A stretch of DNA of 64,000 bases from Chitinophagales bacterium (lineage in GTDB: Bacteria; Bacteroidota; Bacteroidia; Chitinophagales; LD1): the NCBI GenBank assembly GCA_046329535.1, contig JAXLUN010000004.1:76443-140442 (forward strand). Reading direction: 5' to 3'. This document shows, piece after piece, positions 30,411 through 39,404 of the stretch. Each line of letters opens with the position of its first letter. The first letter of the stretch is position 1. The translations under genes and the position numbers were made by a program. A model generated the notes under the pieces. The model saw only the letters and a program-made list of their open reading frames with translations, did not search any database and was not told where the DNA came from.

Positions 30411-30462
30411 GCCCACCAAACAAACAGCCGGTAATTTTTGACCGGCTGTTTGTTTGGTGGGC
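30411..30462 (+). terminator. Very long perfect hairpin immediately after clpC (terminator-like)
   Basis: GCCCACCAAACAAACAGCCGGT (30411-30432) is the exact reverse complement of 30441-30462, with an 8-nt loop AATTTTTG. There is no clean U-tract downstream. Confidence 0.5.
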
Positions 30463-30809
30463 AATAACTTTTAAAGATTCTACTGATTGAATAGCGGAAT
30501 GATGTTTCATGCCATGCTTCCTTGAGAGATGACTATCCCGGTAAATTGTTTTCGATATAGAACCTGTTTTAATGCTTTTTAAGATGTAGCCAGACTATAT
30601 ATATATATCGAACATCTAAGGGTTGTTTTGCCAAAATATTCTAGAAATACCAGACTTGCAGTATTAAACTCTTGAACTACTGAGCATTATTCTTTTTGAA
30701 CGATGCTTATACGCCCCAAACTCGCATATTCTTACTAAAACAAAATTCGCAACTCAAGTGGGCTGCATCATTGCACTATTATTTTATAACAACGAAAAAA
30801 TCATTAGCA

Positions 30810-31274
30810 ATGAAAAAAGTTTTGTTTATGGCCTTGGTGGCGGCCCTTATAGCTACTTCATGCAGTAAAGAGTTTACCAAAAAAGAGAACGCCAGCTTTA
30901 AAGTAAACGGCATACAATACAACATAGGCGAAGATGGAATGGGTGGCGGCTATTGGAATGGCGCATCCACACTTCTTGAAGTTGATATTTTTGGCGGACA
31001 GAACCAAACTATTAGACCTACCATAATAGTGGATTTGACTAAGTTGAATCAGGTAGTTCAAATAGATTCTTTAGAAGAAGGGTTTAACTACACGCATACC
31101 AATTCTACTTTATATCGTCCGAAGCGTGGCACTTGGGAAATAACCAGCCACAAAGAAGGCAACCCTGCCAGCCGTCATACGGAGGGCAAGTTTGAAATGG
31201 TAGTGTTTGATCCTTTCAATCCTACCGATACACTTACCATTACCGATGGGTACTTTTATATGAACAACTATTAA
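30810..31274 (+). CDS. Hypothetical lipoprotein
   Basis: Signal plus lipobox MKKVLFMALVAALIATSC at the ATG at 30810. The track start at 30696 adds an implausible 38-aa extension. Confidence 0.55.
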   Translation: MKKVLFMALVAALIATSCSKEFTKKENASFKVNGIQYNIGEDGMGGGYWNGASTLLEVDIFGGQNQTIRPTIIVDLTKLNQVVQIDSLEEGFNYTHTNSTLYRPKRGTWEITSHKEGNPASRHTEGKFEMVVFDPFNPTDTLTITDGYFYMNNY

Positions 31275-31285
31275 AAATAGTACCC

Positions 31286-32566
31286 ATGAAAACGATTGTT
31301 ACGGGAGCTATCATTTTTTGTGTAACCATGTTGTTACTTTTTTCATCGTGTAAAAAAGATTTGGTGAACCCGCCTGCCAATAATAACCCTATAGACACAT
31401 TGCCGGTTAGTGTGTTGAACCCCAATTCGGGCTACTCACAATTTTATGATGATGTGATTCCGTTATCGGAAGTATCAGGTTCATATAATAGCGCCTCGGT
31501 GGGGGTGTGCGATTATACGATTGATGCCGATGGCAACTTTAATTTGGTGTATTATGGCGAGCAGCCAACTCAGCAAGATGCTTTTAAAACCTATTACCGC
31601 ATCAGCAAAAATGTAGCAAGCAATGCGCTGGTGAGTTTGCCCTCTGGGGCAGATAACCTAAGCACCAATACGCAGATAGTAGGCAACAAGAGTTATGCGC
31701 TGATGCAGTTTAGGCCTTATACCAACTTCTTTACGTATGTTAAGCAAGAGCAATCAACTTCGTGGCCTTACAATAGCTCTGCTTTGTTTGACGGTGATAT
31801 ATATTGCAGCATTGCCTCTTCTAACCCAATAGGCAGTGTAGATATGGGTTTCAAATATCCTTGTATGAACCTGGGTGGGGTGGCCGGCAATAATGTGTTC
31901 GGTTATTTTACATCGGGGGTACCTAATCCTACTTATCTGCTCTCTTCTTCAAACCCTTATTTATTTACTTTTTTAAACAACAGCGGAAATCCAATTGGTC
32001 TTTCGTTTCTTGAATCGAAGTTGGCCGGAACTAACAGCAGCATTGCCGTTATTGTGCGGCCCGATTCGGTCATTGTATACTCGGTTGATAACAACTACCA
32101 GCGGTCGGGTATATTATCAAGCGTGCAGTTAACCGGGTTTAACGGGGTTGATTTATATAACACCGCCCGTCACTACAGCACCGATGGCAGCATCATGGGT
32201 ATGCTTATACAAAGCAAAACTACGGGTGAGGTATGGACCTTTAGCTATAACTTTAATATGCAGCAGCTAAGCCTTGGGTTAAATGGGGTAACGCTCAATT
32301 ACAGTGGTGCCGGCTCAGATGTAGATATAGATGAAGCCGGCAATGCGTATTACACCGGCTATGCCAATAGTGGCACCAATACCAACGCAGTTTCTATTTA
32401 CAAAAAAGAAACAGGTGGAGCCGTAGCCTTAGTGGGGCAGGATAATATTTTAAAATACGGCACGGTGGTAAAACTGAAAGTGCTCAACGGAAAAGTGTAT
32501 GCGGCTGTTACCGGCAAAAAAACAGGCACCAGTCAGTATCAGGTATCTATTATTAAGCAGAACTAA
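31286..32566 (+). CDS. Hypothetical lipoprotein (beta-rich)
   Basis: 426 aa with the signal MKTIVTGAIIFCVTMLLLFSSC. It lies 11 nt after the preceding lipoprotein gene. Confidence 0.6.
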   Translation: MKTIVTGAIIFCVTMLLLFSSCKKDLVNPPANNNPIDTLPVSVLNPNSGYSQFYDDVIPLSEVSGSYNSASVGVCDYTIDADGNFNLVYYGEQPTQQDAFKTYYRISKNVASNALVSLPSGADNLSTNTQIVGNKSYALMQFRPYTNFFTYVKQEQSTSWPYNSSALFDGDIYCSIASSNPIGSVDMGFKYPCMNLGGVAGNNVFGYFTSGVPNPTYLLSSSNPYLFTFLNNSGNPIGLSFLESKLAGTNSSIAVIVRPDSVIVYSVDNNYQRSGILSSVQLTGFNGVDLYNTARHYSTDGSIMGMLIQSKTTGEVWTFSYNFNMQQLSLGLNGVTLNYSGAGSDVDIDEAGNAYYTGYANSGTNTNAVSIYKKETGGAVALVGQDNILKYGTVVKLKVLNGKVYAAVTGKKTGTSQYQVSIIKQN

Positions 32567-32591
32567 GGCAATTCTTTTTTTATTGCTAAAC

Positions 32592-32625
32592 GGAGGCTTG
32601 CGCAAGCGGCCTCTGTTTTTAGTTT
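32592..32625 (+). terminator. Probable rho-independent terminator
   Basis: GAGGC...GCCTC stem around the palindromic CTTGCGCAAG, followed by TGTTTTTAGTTTT. Confidence 0.5.
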
Positions 32626-32786
32626 TGGTTATATGCAAACCTCTTGTGATTTTACTTTATATAGTAAGCATACCTGCCTAGCAAAGTTTGATACCGGTAA
32701 ACGACTTAAGCTGCGGTATTTGCTTTTTTAATATGCCACCAGCAACAGGCAGGCCCAAACCATACGGTTTATAAAGCAGTAGGGGT

Positions 32787-34853
32787 TTATACCTGCCGTT
32801 TTGTTTCAACTAACAGGCGCAACGATTTAGCACAGGCTACGGTGTAGTGGTGTTTGGGGCCTATGGTTTTTGTAAAAACGGCTAAAGCTTTTGTATAGTA
32901 CTCTTTAGCTTTTGCCGCATTGCCTTTACCTTGCCAGGCGCTGCCTAAACCAAGATAGGCATGGGCTACATTTACATGCTTTTCGCGATATGCTTTTACA
33001 AAAATGCTTAACGCCTTTTTAAATTCAGGCAATGCTAAATTGAACTTACCTTGTAATATGTGTATATGCCCAATGTTAGCCAGGGGAATGCCTGTTTCCA
33101 GATGCCCCAATCCATAATAGGTTTCGTAGATGGTTTTTGCGAGGGTTAAATAGTGTATGGCTTTTTCATATTGCTTTTTAGAAGCACACACACCGGCCAG
33201 GTTACTATATACCATAGCTAAATTGGGGTGGGCACCGGTATGTAGCTTTTGATATATTTTCATAGCCTGACCGTAATGAAACAAGGCTTTATCGTTGTTG
33301 CCTGTAGAGTGGTAGGCTAAACCCAGATTAATATGATTACTACCTAGTTTAAGGTTGTAGTTACCCAAAAATTTCTGGTTGATAATCAGCGCTTGTTCAT
33401 AGAACGAAATAGCTTTCCGGTATAGACCTTTATCTTTCCATACCAAGCCCATGTTGTTCAAGAATATGGCTATTTGCGGATGCCCGCCAGGGTATATATT
33501 ACTGTATATGGAAACAGCTTTTTTGTAATAAGGTAATGCTTCTTCGTAGTGGCCTTGCTGGCGCAATACTTCGGCTATGTTGTTAAAGCAATTGGCTATG
33601 CGCGGATGACGTTGGCCATATTGTTTTTCATCAATAGCAATAACTTTTTCGTACTGGGCTATGGCATTTTTATAGAGCCCCAAATGCTCGTATGTAAGGC
33701 CTATGTGACTATAAGAAGTGCCTACCAAATGATGGTTTTTGCCCCAAAAGTTAATTTGTATGTCTTTCGAATTTTTGAAATACTCCAGCGCTTTATGATA
33801 CTCTCCTTTTTCTTTATACACTTTGCCTAAGCCATTGTAGTTGTTGGCTACTTCTGTGCTTTTATGCCCTTGTAGTTTTTGGTTGATGGCCAGCGATTGT
33901 TCGAAATAAGTAATGGCTTTATCAAACCGGTGTAAATCATAGTGTACCTCGCCTAAACTATGCAGTACACGCGCATAAAGCGGTTGATATTCTTTTTGCT
34001 TTTTAAGTAGTAACAAAGCCTGATGATAAATTTCGGTGGCTGCTTCATAGTCGGCTATTAAATACAGGAAGTGCCCCAGTGCGTTTAAGTATTCGGGCTT
34101 GTGGGGTTGTAGGCGTTGCGCCATTTCATAGGCTTGCAGGGCTTTTTTGTATTGCAGGTCGGCCTCATAGCCTTTGGCTTTTAAATAATAGGTTTGGGCT
34201 ACGGTTTCAATATTGTTTTGTATGCCTTTGTCCAGTGCTTTTTGGTAGGCTGCAAAGTTGCCTTGCTCGAAATATTTTTCGGCTAGCTGCCAGTTGTTTT
34301 TGGCGGCATCATTTTGTTGAATAAACCGAACAATTTCTTCTTCCAGTTTTTGTATTCGCTCCTGGTTTGCCAGGTCGCGTTGTAATTGCTGGGCTTCGCG
34401 CTGGCGGGCTTCCAGGTTGGTAATTGATACCAGGCTTTGCGTTTGTTTTAGTGCCTGATGTACTTGTTCAATCTGGCTGCTTAGTTGTTCCAGTTTATGG
34501 TCGGTATGGTTGGGGGCGGGCTGCTCTTTATCGTTTTCGAAATAATACTTTATAAAATTTCGGATGGCTTCCACTTTGGCAATGCTCTTTCTTACTGCGG
34601 TGGGATAGTTGTTGTACAGGTCGCATACAAAGCGTGGGGTTAGTATTTCTTTTTGGTAGTGTTCGTGTATACTATCTGCCAGCAGCTCGTAGTTGCCTTC
34701 GTTTGTATTGAGTGGTATGTGCGGGTGTTTTACCGCATAGTAATTCTGTATCAACACTTTCAGGTCTTCTATTTCCTGCGGGGTATAGGCTTTGGTTTTA
34801 AGTTGTTTGGCAGTTAGCCGTTGCCTGTATTGCTTGCTGTAATTTGTTTTCAT
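32787..34853 (-). CDS. TPR-repeat protein with an N-terminal coiled-coil region
   Basis: 688 aa. About 10-12 KLC/TPR_12-like units (YxxALxxxxxxLGxxHPxxAxxxxNLGxxY) follow a Q/E-rich coiled coil. Confidence 0.8.
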   Translation of the reverse strand: MKTNYSKQYRQRLTAKQLKTKAYTPQEIEDLKVLIQNYYAVKHPHIPLNTNEGNYELLADSIHEHYQKEILTPRFVCDLYNNYPTAVRKSIAKVEAIRNFIKYYFENDKEQPAPNHTDHKLEQLSSQIEQVHQALKQTQSLVSITNLEARQREAQQLQRDLANQERIQKLEEEIVRFIQQNDAAKNNWQLAEKYFEQGNFAAYQKALDKGIQNNIETVAQTYYLKAKGYEADLQYKKALQAYEMAQRLQPHKPEYLNALGHFLYLIADYEAATEIYHQALLLLKKQKEYQPLYARVLHSLGEVHYDLHRFDKAITYFEQSLAINQKLQGHKSTEVANNYNGLGKVYKEKGEYHKALEYFKNSKDIQINFWGKNHHLVGTSYSHIGLTYEHLGLYKNAIAQYEKVIAIDEKQYGQRHPRIANCFNNIAEVLRQQGHYEEALPYYKKAVSIYSNIYPGGHPQIAIFLNNMGLVWKDKGLYRKAISFYEQALIINQKFLGNYNLKLGSNHINLGLAYHSTGNNDKALFHYGQAMKIYQKLHTGAHPNLAMVYSNLAGVCASKKQYEKAIHYLTLAKTIYETYYGLGHLETGIPLANIGHIHILQGKFNLALPEFKKALSIFVKAYREKHVNVAHAYLGLGSAWQGKGNAAKAKEYYTKALAVFTKTIGPKHHYTVACAKSLRLLVETKRQV

Positions 34854-34863
34854 AGGCTTTTTG

Positions 34864-34899
34864 AAATTGGAAACATTCTTCTGAAAATTGGAAACATTC
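34864..34899. promoter_or_regulatory. Two perfect 15-bp direct repeats at 21-bp spacing between divergent genes
   Basis: AAATTGGAAACATTC occurs at 34864-34878 and again at 34885-34899. The repeats lie in the 169-bp region between the TPR gene start (34853, minus) and the 35023 gene (plus). Confidence 0.4.
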
Positions 34900-35022
34900 C
34901 TGTAAGATTTTTTTGCCCCCGTTACTACATGTTTGTGTTACCAAAGCGCGTAGCCGTCCGGACTTTAAGGTGATCACCGCTTGGCGCTAAGGAACTTTTA
35001 ATAACCATTAAAATTTCTTAGC

Positions 35023-35340
35023 ATGAAAAAGTTAGTATTTGCTGCTTTAGTAGCAGGCTTACTTCTGCCTTTAAACGAAGCAACCGGTGCTGTTACTAAC
35101 CCCATACACCGCGTGGTTGACATTGTTATTACCGGGTGGGACCTGCTGGTTACTTCCGAAACCGCTGATGGCACCATTACCCGGGTAGAGGTGCGTAAGC
35201 TTAGTTTGCGCAACCCTACTATTTCGCAGGATTGTGGCGGCTATAGTTGCTCGGTGGATATATCGAGCCTGAGCAGCGGCACCTACGAGGTAAAGGTGGT
35301 GTGTACCAACACGGTGTATTACGAGCAGTTTACCAAGTAA
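35023..35340 (+). CDS. Small secreted protein consisting essentially of a T9SS type-A CTD-like module
   Basis: 105 aa with the signal peptide MKKLVFAALVAGLLLPLNEA. The C-terminal VDISSLSSGTYEVKVVCTNTVYYEQFTK resembles the terminal strands of type-A Por sorting domains. Confidence 0.45.
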   Translation: MKKLVFAALVAGLLLPLNEATGAVTNPIHRVVDIVITGWDLLVTSETADGTITRVEVRKLSLRNPTISQDCGGYSCSVDISSLSSGTYEVKVVCTNTVYYEQFTK

Positions 35341-35358
35341 CGTTTATCAAAGAACGGT

Positions 35359-36822
35359 TTACTGGCGGGTGGCAGAGGTGGTTAATCTCGGCTGCCCGCT
35401 TTTTTGTTTATACTGTATCTGCAACCAGTCTTTACCCGCAAAAAAAGGTTCCCGGTTCAGAGCTTCCATGTTTTGTTGTATGCCTGCAGGCGTGTTGCTT
35501 GTCAGTAACTTTTTACAGGATGCCACAAAAAGCTGAAACACGGGCAGGTGCCGGTGCAGGTTATCGGCATTTCTTTGCATGTATTTATCAAAAGCAGATA
35601 GGTAGGCGCTGAGGGTATCTATATTTTCGGGGTTTTGTTCATACAGGCACATAAACTGCCAGCGCCTTACAATTACATTAAACATGGGCTCGTCTTTTAC
35701 CTGTGCCTGCTGAAACAGCGGCATGGCGGCTGGGTAGTTTTTAAGATAGTATTGATACACCGCTTGGGTAAAGGCCACATTGGTGGGTTGGTGTTCATGG
35801 GGCAAAAAGGCGGTGTAGGTATCTATAAACCATTTTATATGGTTCGCTTCGCGCTGGGCTTTTACCGAGGTGGTAACCACATTGCGAAAAACTGCGGGTT
35901 GTATTTTTCCATCCTGCAGCAATAGCCCCTGGTTTATTTTAAGGTCAAACAGCCAGGTAAGCGCCTGTGTGGCTTGCAGTATGCCGCGGTTGCTCCAGTA
36001 TAACAGGTAACCTTCTATATATTCTACGGTTTCGGCCATGCCGGGTGGCAGGCTGGCAGCGGTATGTAATTCAATATCCTGTTTTAGCCGTTGGTAGTAA
36101 GGCAGGCCCGCCTCGTAATCTTCGGCTTTAAGCAGCTGATAAATGTTGATGAAATGATAAACATACCGGTATTGGGGCTGGTTATAAGGTTGCAGTACTT
36201 GCAGTAAATAGGGTAGGTTATCTTCACTATATGCGGTGCCCAGCACAATATGCCGGTTCAGCTGCTCAACCATATAGCGCAGTTTTTTGAGGGCATACCA
36301 GGCATCTAAAGTTTGCAACACGGGGCTGATGTTGTTTTGCAGGTTGCGCACCTGCTTGGCCTCATAGCCGTTAAAAGCCAGCTCGGTTAATAAATGCCGA
36401 TACATAAACGTGTCAATATTTTGTTCGGGGCAAGTATCTAACTGGTGGTTTGCTTCCTGTAGTTCGGCTTCAAAGGTATCGGTGAGGTGGAGCTGGCGCA
36501 GGGCTTTTAGGCGATACAGTGTTTGAGCCGGTTTATTGCACAGAAACTGCTCGGTAGCTAAAAACAGACCCACCGCCTTCATCAGTTCGGTAGCTGCATT
36601 GCTTTGTTTTTTGGCGGTAGGTAGTTGCTTGACATGCCTGGCAATGGTTAAAGGCTGCATTTTTTTTTCCGATAAATCGGGATGAATACGCGCCACATAG
36701 CTCATTAGCTGCCGGGCGGCTTCGGGTACCTGGTAGTAGGGCGATTGCACAAACAACTGCAACCGCTTGATATCGGTTTTGTGAAACGGCAAAAGGGTTT
36801 TAACTAATTTAGAAAGGTGCAT
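35359..36822 (-). CDS. Hypothetical all-alpha protein
   Basis: 487-aa ORF with helical/TPR-like composition. No catalytic motif was recognised. Confidence 0.5.
   Translation of the reverse strand: MHLSKLVKTLLPFHKTDIKRLQLFVQSPYYQVPEAARQLMSYVARIHPDLSEKKMQPLTIARHVKQLPTAKKQSNAATELMKAVGLFLATEQFLCNKPAQTLYRLKALRQLHLTDTFEAELQEANHQLDTCPEQNIDTFMYRHLLTELAFNGYEAKQVRNLQNNISPVLQTLDAWYALKKLRYMVEQLNRHIVLGTAYSEDNLPYLLQVLQPYNQPQYRYVYHFINIYQLLKAEDYEAGLPYYQRLKQDIELHTAASLPPGMAETVEYIEGYLLYWSNRGILQATQALTWLFDLKINQGLLLQDGKIQPAVFRNVVTTSVKAQREANHIKWFIDTYTAFLPHEHQPTNVAFTQAVYQYYLKNYPAAMPLFQQAQVKDEPMFNVIVRRWQFMCLYEQNPENIDTLSAYLSAFDKYMQRNADNLHRHLPVFQLFVASCKKLLTSNTPAGIQQNMEALNREPFFAGKDWLQIQYKQKSGQPRLTTSATRQ
35365..35406 (+). 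terminator. Probable terminator of the 35023 gene, embedded in the 3' end of the convergent 487-aa ORF
   Basis: GCGGGTGGC (35365-35373) pairs with GCTGCCCGC (35391-35399), including two G-U pairs, and is followed by TTTTTTGTTT. Confidence 0.45.
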
Positions 36823-37263
36823 AGTGTGTGTGTAATATGCCTGCTACCAAAAGTATTTGAAAGCCACATAACCAAAAAATATTTCACGTATTATTTTTTG
36901 CTAAAACCCTTGCTGCATCAGGGTTTTAGCGTATGGTTAATGCATAATTTGGCAATATACATACCCAATATGGGGTAAAAAATACCTAATAGGGTGTAGT
37001 ATAAGCTTGGGTGCAAAATGAAAACCGACAGCAGCCTGCTGCCTGCCTCCACGGCTGGTATTTTAACTTTAACCCCTAACAAGCGGAAAAGAAAACCTGC
37101 ACCACTTATTTACAAAAGCCTTATGCAACCACGGTTTGGGTGCATTTTGAAACCCGAATAGCCCCCCAAAAGCACCTGATAAACCCTGAAAAACGCCAAA
37201 ATTTGTCTTTGCGTGCCGCCACCGCAGCCCCTAACCTTGTGTTGCCAAAAGCAAGAAAGGTTT

Positions 37264-37698
37264 ATGAACTTAACTATCCATACCCCAACCCTTCAGCCAC
37301 CGCACACCCTGCTGCTAAGCAACAGCGATGGTTGGTTTAACATACCGCTTGGTAACATTTTGGTATGCAGCAGTTGTAACTCGTACACCGTGGTTAAGCT
37401 AACCGGTGGGCAGCAAATAGTGGTGTCGCAAAATATGCCGTATTACGAAAAAGCCCTCAGCCCCCTGGGTTTTGCACGTATACACCAAAGCCACCTCATC
37501 AATTTGCAGCACCTAACCCACCTGAGCAAAGCCACAGGCGGGGTAGATGCCACCCTCAGCAACGGTTTAATACTGCCCGTATCGCGACAGTTTAAAACCT
37601 CTTTAATAGAAACCCTTAAACAGCGCAGTGTAGATGCCCTACTGCGCCAGGGTATGCAAATACCCGATACGCCTAAAACACAACCCGATTCAAATTAA
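37264..37698 (+). CDS. Stand-alone LytTR-domain DNA-binding protein (no receiver domain)
   Basis: 144 aa. The segment IPLGNILVCSSCNSYTVVKLTGGQQIVVSQNMPYYEKALSPLGFARIHQSHLINLQHL matches the LytTR pattern (xxSxxNYxxxxxxxG....R...HRSxxVN). The track start at 37213 is GTG, and ATG at 37264 is preferred. Confidence 0.75.
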   Translation: MNLTIHTPTLQPPHTLLLSNSDGWFNIPLGNILVCSSCNSYTVVKLTGGQQIVVSQNMPYYEKALSPLGFARIHQSHLINLQHLTHLSKATGGVDATLSNGLILPVSRQFKTSLIETLKQRSVDALLRQGMQIPDTPKTQPDSN

Positions 37699-37812
37699 GT
37701 ATTACCCTATTCACATTTACCCGAAACATCAACTAAAACCACAACACTTTTAAACGGCCAAACAAGGCCACACACTAACAAAGTTCTTTAATAAAACTAT
37801 TCATCCATACAG

Positions 37813-38165
37813 CTTCCAAAAACATGGAAGTGGATTTCGGACATCGGAAATCGACTTCCAAAAACATGGAAGTGGACTTCAGACACGGGAAGTCGACTTC
37901 CAAAAACATGGAAGTGGACTTCGGACACGGGAAGTCGACTTCCAAAAACATGGAAGTGGACTTCAGACACGGGAAGTCGACTTCCAAAAACATGGAAGTG
38001 GACTTCAGACACGGGAAATCGACTTCCAAAAACATGGAAGTGGATTTCGGACATCGGAAATCGACTTCCGAAAACATGGAAGTGGACTTCGGACACGGGA
38101 AATCGACTTCCAAAAACACGGAAGTGGATTTCGGACATCGGAAATTGACCTCCCAAAACAGGGAA
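37813..38165. repeat. Tandem array of 8 complete 42-bp units plus a degenerate ninth, equal to 16 palindromic GGAAGT-SG-ACTTC(C) sites at ~21-bp spacing
   Basis: Unit boundaries fall at 37813, 37855, 37897, 37939, 37981, 38023, 38065 and 38107. The consensus is CTTCCAAAAACATGGAAGTGGACTTCrGACAyGGGAArTCGA. The unit junction forms the perfect 14-bp palindrome GGAAGTCGACTTCC. Confidence 0.95.
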
Positions 38166-38291
38166 CCTATTTAGTGGTGTTAGAAATGAAATGAACTGAA
38201 AAGAACAAGCAACCGGTAACAGAAAAAAAGCAGAGCAATTAAAAATAGAAGTTGAAAACGAAAAGATTCATAACCACTAAACCACAAAGCT

Positions 38292-39266
38292 ATGATTAAT
38301 CCAATTCGTCTTTGTAACAATTTATTTAATGAGAAGAGCCTATCAGATGCCAACCTTCGTAGTTTTTGCGAAGATCATCTGATACGCCTGTCAAACAACA
38401 ATCCGGGAGCTATATACAGTACGCTTATTTCAGAAACTACCAATAAGTATACGGCTTACTATGGTAAAATGACCAGCCAGGCGGTTCAACTCTCTATACA
38501 GGAAAGTATGACGGCCAGTATGAAAGACGCAAAAGTTTTAGTAGAAGAGAAGATACGCTCTTTCTATGGTTTGGCACTTTTCAAGTTTGGCGAAGGCAAT
38601 CCTTCTTTTCAAATGCTTTATCCACTTGGCCTGGGCGAGTATATGAACGCCAAAATAGGCGATGTAAATAAACTATACGAACGTTTGGTAATCAATGCCA
38701 CCACTTTGCTTAATGCCGATTTTCCGGCCGAGGTTACAGCTCTTGATAACGCGGTGGCGGCTTATTTATCAGCCCGTACCGCCCAGGAAAATGCCTTTAG
38801 TTTGGTAGATAATTTAATTACCGGCAAAAACAGCGACCGCCTGGCGCTGACCGTTCAGCTAACCAAAAACTTTTTAATAGTAGCCTCTAACAACATTAGC
38901 AACCCCGACCAGTTTAATGACTTTTACGATGCGGCCTATCTGCCTATTTCCGAGAGTAGCCAAAGCATAACCGAAGAAGGAATAATTACCGGCAAACAGA
39001 TTATTAATATACAGCCCGATGGGGTGGTTTATACCAACCAAACCATGATAGAACTTTACAACCCCGGCCTGACCACCCTGCGCTACTACTTTGCCCCGGT
39101 ACCCGGTGTAGACCCTAACGAATCGGAACCATTTGTAGAGGTAGCGGCCAATGAGCAAATAACAAAATCTGCAACCGCCCTGGGCCTTAGCCCCGACCGG
39201 CAGTTTTTTACCGTTCAAAATCAACAGGAATTAACCGGCAGTTATAAAGTAATTATAAAGCCCTAA
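38292..39266 (+). CDS. Hypothetical protein (helical N-terminal ~220 aa, beta-rich C-terminal ~100 aa)
   Basis: 324-aa ORF starting ~130 bp downstream of the 42-bp array. It has no signal peptide and no recognised motif. Confidence 0.5.
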   Translation: MINPIRLCNNLFNEKSLSDANLRSFCEDHLIRLSNNNPGAIYSTLISETTNKYTAYYGKMTSQAVQLSIQESMTASMKDAKVLVEEKIRSFYGLALFKFGEGNPSFQMLYPLGLGEYMNAKIGDVNKLYERLVINATTLLNADFPAEVTALDNAVAAYLSARTAQENAFSLVDNLITGKNSDRLALTVQLTKNFLIVASNNISNPDQFNDFYDAAYLPISESSQSITEEGIITGKQIINIQPDGVVYTNQTMIELYNPGLTTLRYYFAPVPGVDPNESEPFVEVAANEQITKSATALGLSPDRQFFTVQNQQELTGSYKVIIKP

Positions 39267-39404
39267 CCATATGCACCAAGTAGATGGCCTTATTCTGTTA
39301 CTCTGTTTTATTCTGCTGGCAGCTTTATTACTGCTGGTGCGCCTCATGCTGTAAGGCATGGTAAAAAGTAGTTCATTAATTAATCACCATAAAAACCAAA
39401 TGTT

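Noticed and set aside
30596-30608. (TA)6-7 microsatellite
   Set aside because: It is too short to call as a functional or phase-variable tract, and it sits in a long AT-rich intergenic region.
36900-36930. 11-bp-stem hairpin GCTAAAACCCT...AGGGTTTTAGC considered as a terminator
   Set aside because: The T-run lies upstream on the plus strand, which is an A-run downstream on the minus strand. It therefore fits neither orientation as an intrinsic terminator, and its function is unknown.
37018-37149. 43-codon ORF (MKTDSSLLPAS...) upstream of the LytTR gene
   Set aside because: It has no recognisable motif, signal or coupling, and it is a short ORF in a 440-bp intergenic region. There is not enough evidence to annotate it.
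37813-38165. Possible CRISPR array
   Set aside because: The repeats are directly contiguous with no unique spacers. The unit is 42 bp containing two palindromes, and there are no cas genes or leader in the window.
37775-38174. Three overlapping 114-119-aa ORFs (two minus, one plus) in the track
   Set aside because: They coincide exactly with the 42-bp (14-codon) tandem array and encode perfectly repetitive peptides on both strands. They are open only because the repeat unit lacks stop codons, so they are not credible genes.
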